Below are positions 27,845 to 36,042 of a stretch of DNA of 64,000 nucleotides, in pieces. This DNA is from Armatimonadota bacterium (lineage in GTDB: Bacteria > Armatimonadota > SYMT01). The translations under genes and the position numbers were made by a program. The first letter of the stretch is position 1, and each line of letters starts with the position of its first letter. Below the pieces are notes generated by a model. It did no database searches, was not told the origin of the DNA, and was given only the letters and a program-made list of their open reading frames with translations. The DNA lies in assembly GCA_041690135.1 (NCBI GenBank), contig JAWLHY010000001.1, positions 416,001 through 480,000 on the forward strand, in the 5' to 3' direction.

Positions 27845-28642
27845 TTACCAGAACCGGACCACGTAGCCGGCTCCGATGAAGAAGTCGGGCGCGGTGTTTG
27901 AGATCCCGAACCCGTAGTGGAGATCGACCTGGGAGTCGGGGGTCAGCGCGTAGGTGAACCCGTTGTGGACCACGTGCGAATCCCCGCTCCCCGGAAAATA
28001 GTCTCCTGCATATTCGAGGAAGGTGCCCCATGGTCCCCCCAGCGACCGGGCGACCGATACGGTGGCGCGCCACGAGAACTCTCGCTGGGCGCCTTGCTTC
28101 GTCCAGAACCCGGCAAAGAGCCCGGCCAGGTCGGTCCGGTCATCCAGGCCGCGCCCCCAGATCAATTGCACTTCGGGGTCCACGGCGCCGCTGGTGAACG
28201 CCCCCGACCCCGTGGGGACAGTGACCCCCGGCATCAGGGCGAGGGTGAGCGGACGGTCGCTGCCCACCAACTGATGCTTGAGGCCGAAGTAGGTGTCGGA
28301 GAAGCCGCTGGTGGAGTTTCCCGATCGCCAGGCCCGGAAGTAGTTGGGCAGTCCCAGGCGCAGCTCGGTCTTCTCCCAGGCTCCATAGCGGAGCAGCGTC
28401 TCGGGAGCGTTGAAGAACTTTACACCGCCGGAGGCCTTCTCGTAGGTGAGGCCGCTCTCGATCTGGAAGGTCCGGTAGTAAAGGACCAGTGGGTTCTCGG
28501 TGAAATCCGGCCGGTCCGTGGTGAGCGGCGGGCGCTCTTCCGGGGCGTCGTCCTGGGCGAACCCGGCAACGGGGGAGAAGGCGATGCACGCAGCGACGAG
28601 GGAGAACAGGTGCTTCCCCGGAAGCCGTACCTTGCGTTTCAT
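27845..28642 (-). CDS. Outer-membrane beta-barrel 'transporter' (MetA-pathway/phenol-degradation-like)
   Basis: Signal peptide, TDRPDFTE, QIESG, LLRYG...ELRL, alternating beta strands ending in an aromatic C-terminus (YVVRFW). Confidence 0.75.
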   Translation of the reverse strand: MKRKVRLPGKHLFSLVAACIAFSPVAGFAQDDAPEERPPLTTDRPDFTENPLVLYYRTFQIESGLTYEKASGGVKFFNAPETLLRYGAWEKTELRLGLPNYFRAWRSGNSTSGFSDTYFGLKHQLVGSDRPLTLALMPGVTVPTGSGAFTSGAVDPEVQLIWGRGLDDRTDLAGLFAGFWTKQGAQREFSWRATVSVARSLGGPWGTFLEYAGDYFPGSGDSHVVHNGFTYALTPDSQVDLHYGFGISNTAPDFFIGAGYVVRFW

Positions 28643-28711
28643 GGTTTTGACCCCATTCCTGTTTGGAGAGTGGCGGGGTTTGAATACTGCTGTGCCGCCG
28701 GTAGCTCAAGT

Positions 28712-28756
28712 GATTTAACCTGGGTTAAATCTATCGCGCGCCAGGGGTAGTGTCAA
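28712..28756 (-). promoter_or_regulatory. Sigma70 promoter overlapped by a DtxR/MntR-type operator
   Basis: Minus strand TTGACA (28756-28751), 17 bp, TAGATT (28733-28728); perfect inverted repeat GATTTAACC-TG-GGTTAAATC at 28712-28731. Confidence 0.85.
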
Positions 28757-28839
28757 GGCGGAGACCGGATTCCCGGCGGGTTTAGGAATAGGATTAGAAG
28801 CAGAACCCTCCATCTTTGTCACCACCGGATCGAGGACCC

Positions 28840-30084
28840 ATGCAGGAGTACACGCTACCATTGATGATCGCGGCATTGACCGCGGTACCCTTCATCCTGG
28901 CCTACTGGGTCGGGCGGTTCGTGAGCCGCCGCCGGATGGGTCGTCTCCTGCGGCTGCCGCGGCCGTGGCAGCTTCCCACGTTGGAGGGTTGGGCTCGGAG
29001 CGGCTGGCTCGATCCCGAGCTCATCGAGGCGCTGCCCGCGGAGGTCAGCCCCGCCACGGTCTTCTACCACTGGGCGGCGGTCGACCCCGACGTGGCCCGT
29101 GGCTGGCGCCTGCGGGAGCCGCTGACGGAGACCACCCCCTTCGAGGCGGTGGTGCGCGACGTGTGGCGGAACCTGCCGGCCGACCAGCAGCGGACGGCGC
29201 GGGAACGGTTGGCGGAAGCGGTGGTCACGGCTGGAACGTGGTGGGGCGGTGCCGAACGCGGTTGGACCGGCCGGCCCCTGTCCCTGCCGGCCGCCAGTGT
29301 CCCGAGGAAAGCGCAAGGTCTCCCGCTGCTGGGGATGCCGGACCTCACCGCCGCGCCGATGCCCGGACCGGTCCATGCGGATGCGGCAGCGGCGGAGGCG
29401 GATGGGGTGGACCTCGTGTTGATCCTGGTGGCGTTGCGCGCGTCCCAGCCTCGTTTCATGCACCCCCTGGCGCCCAAGGCCAACTCCACGCACTCGCTCG
29501 TGCAAGGACTGTCCAGCCGGGTGGCGGTAGACGTGGGCCGTCAGGTCGGCGCCCGCGTGGGTGGCATGCTGGGGCCCATCGGGGCGATGGTGGGCCAGTA
29601 CCTGGGGGAAATGGCCGGCACGCTGGGGGCCAGCAAGCTGGCGCAGCAGACGCTTCCGGAGCCGATCGCTTCTTCCGTAAAGCAAACGGAGGAAGCCCTG
29701 GCCCGCCTGGGAGAGCTGGCCATGACCGACGACTTCGCCCGCGGCGCGGGTCAGCCGGCCGAGGCAATCCTGGAGACCGGAAAGCGGGTCGAGGTGATCC
29801 GGGAGGAGCGGAACCGGCGCCTGCGCGAGCGGCTCTGGCCGACCCGCGGGCTGGTACTGGTGGAGGAAGTCCTCTGGGTCGCGCTGGATGAAATGAAGCG
29901 CTACCGCACCGCGGCCGAGGTCTTCGTCAAGACCGCGCGCGAGGCCAACCCGTCGATCGCAGGCGGAATGATCTTGCAAAACCCTTGGCTGGTGCGGAGC
30001 CTGCCGGGTGGGGTGGAGCGCCTCAACGCGGCACGGCAGGCGCTCAACCGGGCGGCCCTGGCGGTGAAGCAGTATCGGGGATAG
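28840..30084 (+). CDS. Hypothetical membrane protein with glycine-zipper segment
   Basis: N-terminal TM helix; GARVGGMLGPIGAMVGQYLGEMAG; GAGGA RBS. Confidence 0.7.
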   Translation: MQEYTLPLMIAALTAVPFILAYWVGRFVSRRRMGRLLRLPRPWQLPTLEGWARSGWLDPELIEALPAEVSPATVFYHWAAVDPDVARGWRLREPLTETTPFEAVVRDVWRNLPADQQRTARERLAEAVVTAGTWWGGAERGWTGRPLSLPAASVPRKAQGLPLLGMPDLTAAPMPGPVHADAAAAEADGVDLVLILVALRASQPRFMHPLAPKANSTHSLVQGLSSRVAVDVGRQVGARVGGMLGPIGAMVGQYLGEMAGTLGASKLAQQTLPEPIASSVKQTEEALARLGELAMTDDFARGAGQPAEAILETGKRVEVIREERNRRLRERLWPTRGLVLVEEVLWVALDEMKRYRTAAEVFVKTAREANPSIAGGMILQNPWLVRSLPGGVERLNAARQALNRAALAVKQYRG

Positions 30085-30202
30085 CGGGCGCGATGCGAAT
30101 CGTCGCCGGCATAGCTTTCAGCGGAAGCATCCGCCGATAGCCATGGACACCGCACCAGGGGCCGTGCCCGGCCCGCCGACACGGAGGGGGCCGGTGGAAG
30201 GC

Positions 30203-30532
30203 TTACTCCTCGGCCTCGACATTGGCGCCAAAGGCCCGGCAGGTCCGCTTGATCCAGTCCTTCAGTTCGTCGCCGCTGGGATGCTCCGGCTTGAGGTAGT
30301 GCTTCACCAGGTCCACCACCTCCTCACGCGTTCCCATCCCGGCCACCACTCCCGCTTCAAAACGGAAACGGTGGGCCGAGGCGACAATCCGCTTGAGGAC
30401 GGAAATCCGCCCTTCGTCATCCAGCTTCCGGTCGGAGAGCATGGGACGAAGCTGGTAGGTTACCAGGTTGGAATAACGGCGCTGGGCGTCGCTCCGGGAC
30501 ATCTTTTCCCCGGCCCAGGGATCTGAACTCAT
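30203..30532 (-). CDS. Hypothetical protein
   Basis: ~109-aa helical ORF with GGAG RBS and strongly GC3-biased codons. Confidence 0.65.
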   Translation of the reverse strand: MSSDPWAGEKMSRSDAQRRYSNLVTYQLRPMLSDRKLDDEGRISVLKRIVASAHRFRFEAGVVAGMGTREEVVDLVKHYLKPEHPSGDELKDWIKRTCRAFGANVEAEE

Positions 30533-30554
30533 GGACGTCACTCCACTGGGCAGG

Positions 30555-30794
30555 TCAACGCCCGAGAAAGATTACGGCCGCCTTGGCATTGCCCCGCACA
30601 ACACGGTCGAAGTCGGCCAGGGCCTTTTCTTGCAGGCCGGGAGGAAGGGCAAACCACTCTTCCTCGGTGACCGGCTCCTGGTCGGACCCGACAAGGGTTA
30701 ACCGTCCACTGCGGAGCCAGGCAAGAAGTTCCGGTCGCTCGCTGGTTCGGGCACCGGTTGGAGACGTCGATGCCCCGGTACTGATGCTGGTCAT
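30555..30794 (-). CDS. Hypothetical protein (79 aa)
   Basis: AGGAGGA RBS before ATG 30794; co-oriented with 30203..30532. Confidence 0.6.
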   Translation of the reverse strand: MTSISTGASTSPTGARTSERPELLAWLRSGRLTLVGSDQEPVTEEEWFALPPGLQEKALADFDRVVRGNAKAAVIFLGR

Positions 30795-30938
30795 CGAGAT
30801 CACTCCTCCTTTTCCGCCCCCTCGCCCCTGGGGCGCTGGTGCGAAACCGGGTGGGTGTGAGGTCCGGGATGCTGTCCCGGGCAGCAGGTGCCTCCTGGAG
30901 AGCGCCCACCGCACCTCGCCTGCTGCACCTGTCCGCTC

Positions 30939-30967
30939 AGTTTACCTTCCTATTGTGATCCTGTCCA
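30939..30967 (-). promoter_or_regulatory. Sigma70-like promoter for the two small genes
   Basis: Minus strand TGGACA, 17 bp, TAAACT. Confidence 0.55.
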
Positions 30968-31062
30968 GAGATCTTCCTCCTCATCGCACGCTGATCCGCG
31001 GTCCCTCGCCCTGGAGGCCACTCGCACTCGCATGGCATCAGCAGGCGAAAGGCCACCGCAGT

Positions 31063-31100
31063 AAAAAGCCGGAGTGCCGCCTCCAAACGGCCACTCCGGC
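31063..31100 (-). terminator. Intrinsic terminator
   Basis: Minus strand GCCGGAGTG...CACTCCGGC stem followed by TTTTT. Confidence 0.8.
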
Positions 31101-31147
31101 AGGTCCCCGCGTCAGGGACAGTATCTAGCATGCCGGCATCCCGGCAC
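31063..31147 (-). ncRNA. Candidate ~85-nt structured small RNA
   Basis: Three consecutive hairpins (31130-31147, 31103-31119, terminator 31068-31100) directly downstream of a -10 TATGCT (31158-31153). Confidence 0.35.
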
Positions 31148-31152
31148 TTTTC

Positions 31153-31199
31153 AGCATATCAAACGGACTCTCACAGAACTCTCACAGAACTCCCACAGG
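31153..31199 (-). promoter_or_regulatory. Three 11-bp direct repeats 8 bp upstream of a -10 element (SARP/OmpR-type activator site)
   Basis: Plus strand ACTCTCACAGA (31167-31177), ACTCTCACAGA (31178-31188), ACTCCCACAGG (31189-31199); minus-strand TATGCT at 31158-31153. Confidence 0.55.
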
Positions 31200-31250
31200 G
31201 CCAGACAAGGATGGAGGGGATAAGGATAAGGAAGACTGGAGCGAACGGCG

Positions 31251-34200
31251 CTATCGACTGTCGATTTCTTCGAGTTCACGGAGGATCAGCATGCGCTCGA
31301 CGCGGTCGGTCCAGGGTACGGGGAACTCGGTGCTGGTGCCTTCGGTGCGTTCGATCCACTGTCGCGCCTGGGCTAGCGAGTGCCTCGTTTCCGGGGAAGT
31401 CCCCTCGCCGGTCCGGTGCAGCGTCAGGACGAGATAAAGGTGGTACAGCGTGGCGTCCTCGGCCTTGCCGTCCCGCAGGGCCTGCCGGAGAGCGTCCGCG
31501 GCTTCCGGGTAGCGTCCGGCACGGTAGTAGAGGGCGCCCAGGGTGTGGTGATAGTTCGGGTTATGGGGTTCTCGCACCAGGAGATCCTGCATGATCCGGT
31601 ACGCCCGCCGGAGATTGGCGGGCGCATTTGGCCCCAGAACACAGGTCCAGGCGGTGAGATCCTTTTCATGGAGGCCGCCGGCGGTTTCGAAGCGGTCCAG
31701 CATGGCGGTACAAACCCGCTGGTAAGCATCCCGGTCGCCAGCGGCGAGACGCAGCAGGGCCAGGCTATAGTAGGTGTGACGGTCGTGGCTCCCCATTTCC
31801 ACGGCAACAGCGAGGTCGTCGGCCGCCCGTGCGTAGCGGCCGATCTCGGCTCGCGCCCGCGCCCGCCGGTGCCGGAGAGCTAGTTCCTGAGGGTGAGCCC
31901 GGATCACCTGGTCCAGGTGCGCTGCCGCACCGGCCCACACGCTTGCCTGCTCCAGTTGGTGCGCCATCGCGCGGCTGCGCTCGATCCGCTTTTTTTCGTC
32001 GGTCTCATCCACGCGCGTCACGCGGCGGGACAATACCTGCCACGCTGCGAGCAGCGACTCCGCGGAGACCCCCTGCAGGCCCGCCTTGCGATCAAGTCGC
32101 TGTGCGGAGAGTGTCTCCGCAATCCGTCTGAGGTCGTCGGCGGGACGGCGATCCGCCTCCGGATGCCAAACGTGGAGATCGCCGGAATCCAAGGCCAGGA
32201 GCACGCGTTTGCCATCGGAAGTGAACCAGGCTCGTCCGCCGTCCTGGCCGATGCGGGTAGGCACGGTCAGGGCCTCTCCCGTGCGGACGTCCCAGAGTTG
32301 TGCCATTCCCTGAGCAGTGAGCGTCACGAGGCGAAGACCGTCCGGGCTGAACTCCGCGCCGGCAAGTGCGCCGGCATGTCGCAGGACCGGCGCCAGCGGT
32401 TGCCGGTCGGCGATGCGCCACACGCGGACCGACCGGTTCTCCCCACAGATAACCACGAGCTTTCCATCGGGACTGAAGGCGGCATGGACTACTATGCTGT
32501 CGTGTTCCAGCGGAGGTCCGATTTGCCGGCCGGTGTCCGTGTGCCAGAGCCGCACCGCACGGTCACCGCCTCCCGTGAGCAGCAGGCTACCGTCAGGATT
32601 GAAGGCGAGGGTCCGGGCATCCCGGTGATGGACGTGGTAGGCGCGAACGTCATCCCGGAGCCGGCGATGGAGCAACACCTGTCCCGCATCCCAGACGGCG
32701 GCCATACCCTCTCCCGCGGTGCTGACGGCGACGAGTGGACGGTGATCTCCGCGGTTGAGGGTCGGCAGCGCGATCTCTCGGGTCTCCAGTTCCCAGAGGT
32801 AGACGGACCCTTGCTGGCCCACGCACAACAGGCGTCGGTCGTTCGCGGTGAACTGGAGGTGCTGAATCGTTTGCGCCTGTACCACGGTGCGACCGATAGG
32901 CCGGGCAGAGGCCACGTCCCACACGCGTACCTCGCCTCCCGGAGAGGCCACGGCCGCCTGCCGCCCGGCGCTATCGAGCGCGACCGCCACCACCCGAACT
33001 CCCGGCTGGATACGAGGCCCGACCGGCTTACCGGTGCCCACCTGAAGCACCCGGATCGAACCGTCGGCCTCCGCCGAGAGCACTCGCTGCCCATCGCGCG
33101 AGGGACTCAGGGGGAGGCGGGTTACAGGATGGTGCGACTGAACCTTCGCCCCCGCGGCGGTCAGATCCCACAGAAAGACCAGGCCCTCACCGCGCGAGAG
33201 CAGGACTCGATCCCGCTGCATGTCGAGGGCCGCACTCCAACCCGGTCCCGGAAGTGTGCGGGAAGGAGCTACTTCTTCTCCCGTAAGCGGGTGCCACAGG
33301 CGGACGGTTCCCTCCGCCGTGACGGTCTGCAGCCGCGTGCCCACGGGGTCGAACGCCAGGCTGAGGACGGCCTGGTCATGCTTCATGACGCGGCCGGTCT
33401 GCGCGCCGGCCACCAGGTCCCACACCCGGACGTGCCCGCCGCAGGCCGTGGCCAGGCGCCGGCTGTCCTCGCTGAACCGGAGGGCATGGATGTTTCCTTC
33501 CGGAATCGACAGGTGGAGACGGCCGGTGACGACTTCCCACACCAGGGCGCCGTGGCCCTGCCGCCCGACGAGCCAGCGCCCGTCCGGCGAAAAGCGCAGG
33601 TAATCCGGCAGCGCCTTCATTACGTGCGGGAGAGGCTCTACTCCGCCGCGGGGCCAGAGCCGGATGTTACCATCTTCAACGGCCGTGGCCACGAACTGCC
33701 CATCGGGACTGAAGGTGGCATATCTCACCGGTTTCCCGTCTTCCAGCGTAGGGCTCGCGGACCGGCCGGTTTGTAGGTCCCATACCTGCGACCGGGTGGT
33801 GTAGGCGGCTACGACCCGGGTGCCATCCGGACTGAACTCCGCCGACCGTAGTTCGCCGGCGTGACGCAAGGGGGCCCCGAGGGGCTCGCCTTGCGCCGTA
33901 TTGACGACGTGGATCGCCTCCTCTTCGCCCGCCACCAGGAGGCGCCGGCTATCCGCCGAGAAGTAGAGCGAACGAAGCGAGCCGTCGTAAGTCAGAGTCG
34001 GGCCGATTTGCCGGCCCGAGCGGGTGTCCCACATGCGGACGGTCCGGTTTGCGAACGCGCCGGCAGCGCGGGTTCCGTCGCCACTCAGGATCAGATCGAC
34101 GGCGCGCGCGTCCGCACCCCATACCTGGCGGACCCTGGGGCTTTCGCGCAGAAGGGAAGCGATGCGCTCCCGGTGCGCTCGCGCCTGCGCATCCGTTCCT

Positions 34201-35960
34201 TTCCGTTCGTCCAGTTCCAGGGCCTGTACCATCCAGAGGAGGCCTTCGTAGGGACGTCCCTCCGCCACCAGGCGGTTGCCGTTGGCTACCGACACTCGCA
34301 CGAGGCTTTCCCGGTTCTCCGCCCGTTCTCGCTCGGCGGTCTTCTGGAGACGAAGGGCCCGGCGCCGTCCCAACTCCGCCATGTCGGTCGCCTCCTCGGC
34401 CCGGAGACGGAGGTCATCGGCAACGTGGCGTTGCCGGTTGGCTCGCAGTTCCGACTGCCGGGCGCGCTCGGCCTCCCGGGTCGCGCGGTTCCGTTCTCGG
34501 CGTATGTTCTCCAGCGCATAGCGCAATTGGGACAGTGCCCGCTCCTTCTCCTGGAGGGCCGCTTCCCGTTCCGCCAGCGCCAGGCGTAGCCGTTCCGCCA
34601 GCCCGTGGGCCTCCCGTTCGTTGGTGACGGCCCAGCCCGCGAGGCCGGAAACCAGCGAAAGGACGACTCCGGAGACGAGCGCGGCGCGCGTGAGGCCCCG
34701 GCGAAATGCCGCCTGCTGGCGTCGCTGCTCCGCATGGGGCAGGTGTTCCCGGATCCAGGTCCGATCGAACACGGACGCGTAAATGCGGTTACGGGGCCGG
34801 AGGTATTCTCCCAGGGGACGTACCACGCCGGCCAGTTGCAGCAGGGCGGCGAGACGGTTGGTCTCGCGGTCTCTGATGGACTGCCCCTCGTGAATCCGGG
34901 CGTAGAGATCGAGCAGCGCGGCACGGTCGGCATCGGCCTGTAGCAGGCGCTCATGCACCAGGTGCAGGTTCGGATCGCGCTTGCGGGCCCCCGGTGCGAA
35001 GAAGAGGCTCCGGCATACCCGGTCCACGAGGTCCTGATGATCGGACCGGGACCAGAGAGGCCGGCGCCCGGAGAGCGCAGTCCGCAGGCGAGTTGCGAGG
35101 GAACTGCCAGAAGGTGGCTTCGCCGCACGCACCTCGACCAGCGCCTCCGCCACCGCCTGGCAGAGGCGCTGGGTCAGGTAGGGCTGTCCGGCCGTCCAGT
35201 AGAGGATCCGGGCGAGAAGATTTCGCGCGTGCTGTGACGGGTTGCGGGGTGTACCGGGTGCAATACCTGCCCCGCCAGCTTCAAGGCCCGGGGCCAGGGG
35301 CCAGGCTTCTTCCGCGGTGAAGTCCGTCAACTCGATCCGGCGCCCCACGTTGAAAGGGGTGGAGCGCGGATCGCGGATCAGGTCCGCGGGAATGGCTACG
35401 CCGAGCAAGCAGAAGGTCATGCGGGCGGCGCCGGGGTTCTCGGCCCGGCGATTGTGCAGTTCCCGGATGCCGGCGAAAAACTCGTCCGAGGAGAATGGGA
35501 GGCTCTGCACCGCGTCGATCTCGTCGACGAAGACCACCAGATCGGGCGCGGTGTCGGCAGCAGGAACGGTCGAGGCCGCCGTCTCCAGGGCCGCCATGAA
35601 CCGGCGAAACGGTCCCAGGTGAAGGTGCTTACTCCAGTACCGGGCCAGTTCGGTTTCCAGGCCCAACTGTTCTCCCACCAGATCCAGCAGAGAGCGATAC
35701 CACTGCTCCGCGGTAAGGTTCTTGCCGACCGCGGTGAGATCGAGAACCACCACGCGGCGTCCCTCGCGGCGCAGGCGCGCGGCAGTTCGCACCATCAGGG
35801 AAGATTTGCCCATCTGCCGCGAGGTGAGGAGATAGCAGAGCTCTCCCCGCGAAAGGGCGGCGAACAACTCCGCATCGGCCGCGCGTTCGATGTAACAGGG
35901 GGCGTCAGGCCGGAGCGTGCCGCCGGTTACGAAGAAGGGGTTCGGAAGTTCGACGGCCAT
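31251..35960 (-). CDS. AAA_35-type STAND NTPase - TM/coiled coil - WD40 repeats - TPR
   Basis: YIERAAD, SRQMGKSS (Walker A), VVFVDEID (Walker B), TPFNVG, WTAGQPYLTQ, RNRIY..VF; many FSPDG/WD repeats; C-terminal TPRs. Confidence 0.88.
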   Translation of the reverse strand: MAVELPNPFFVTGGTLRPDAPCYIERAADAELFAALSRGELCYLLTSRQMGKSSLMVRTAARLRREGRRVVVLDLTAVGKNLTAEQWYRSLLDLVGEQLGLETELARYWSKHLHLGPFRRFMAALETAASTVPAADTAPDLVVFVDEIDAVQSLPFSSDEFFAGIRELHNRRAENPGAARMTFCLLGVAIPADLIRDPRSTPFNVGRRIELTDFTAEEAWPLAPGLEAGGAGIAPGTPRNPSQHARNLLARILYWTAGQPYLTQRLCQAVAEALVEVRAAKPPSGSSLATRLRTALSGRRPLWSRSDHQDLVDRVCRSLFFAPGARKRDPNLHLVHERLLQADADRAALLDLYARIHEGQSIRDRETNRLAALLQLAGVVRPLGEYLRPRNRIYASVFDRTWIREHLPHAEQRRQQAAFRRGLTRAALVSGVVLSLVSGLAGWAVTNEREAHGLAERLRLALAEREAALQEKERALSQLRYALENIRRERNRATREAERARQSELRANRQRHVADDLRLRAEEATDMAELGRRRALRLQKTAERERAENRESLVRVSVANGNRLVAEGRPYEGLLWMVQALELDERKGTDAQARAHRERIASLLRESPRVRQVWGADARAVDLILSGDGTRAAGAFANRTVRMWDTRSGRQIGPTLTYDGSLRSLYFSADSRRLLVAGEEEAIHVVNTAQGEPLGAPLRHAGELRSAEFSPDGTRVVAAYTTRSQVWDLQTGRSASPTLEDGKPVRYATFSPDGQFVATAVEDGNIRLWPRGGVEPLPHVMKALPDYLRFSPDGRWLVGRQGHGALVWEVVTGRLHLSIPEGNIHALRFSEDSRRLATACGGHVRVWDLVAGAQTGRVMKHDQAVLSLAFDPVGTRLQTVTAEGTVRLWHPLTGEEVAPSRTLPGPGWSAALDMQRDRVLLSRGEGLVFLWDLTAAGAKVQSHHPVTRLPLSPSRDGQRVLSAEADGSIRVLQVGTGKPVGPRIQPGVRVVAVALDSAGRQAAVASPGGEVRVWDVASARPIGRTVVQAQTIQHLQFTANDRRLLCVGQQGSVYLWELETREIALPTLNRGDHRPLVAVSTAGEGMAAVWDAGQVLLHRRLRDDVRAYHVHHRDARTLAFNPDGSLLLTGGGDRAVRLWHTDTGRQIGPPLEHDSIVVHAAFSPDGKLVVICGENRSVRVWRIADRQPLAPVLRHAGALAGAEFSPDGLRLVTLTAQGMAQLWDVRTGEALTVPTRIGQDGGRAWFTSDGKRVLLALDSGDLHVWHPEADRRPADDLRRIAETLSAQRLDRKAGLQGVSAESLLAAWQVLSRRVTRVDETDEKKRIERSRAMAHQLEQASVWAGAAAHLDQVIRAHPQELALRHRRARARAEIGRYARAADDLAVAVEMGSHDRHTYYSLALLRLAAGDRDAYQRVCTAMLDRFETAGGLHEKDLTAWTCVLGPNAPANLRRAYRIMQDLLVREPHNPNYHHTLGALYYRAGRYPEAADALRQALRDGKAEDATLYHLYLVLTLHRTGEGTSPETRHSLAQARQWIERTEGTSTEFPVPWTDRVERMLILRELEEIDSR

Positions 35961-36042
35961 GGTGTTCCACTCCGTAGCTGGAAATGTACCGCGCTCTTTC
36001 GAGAACGCGGGCCGCAGTGCGGCGCCCTACGCGAGGCCGGCG

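Noticed and set aside
30937-31131. 64-aa ORF as a leader peptide
   Set aside because: No RBS, and it crosses a terminator and a promoter; the non-coding interpretation fits better.
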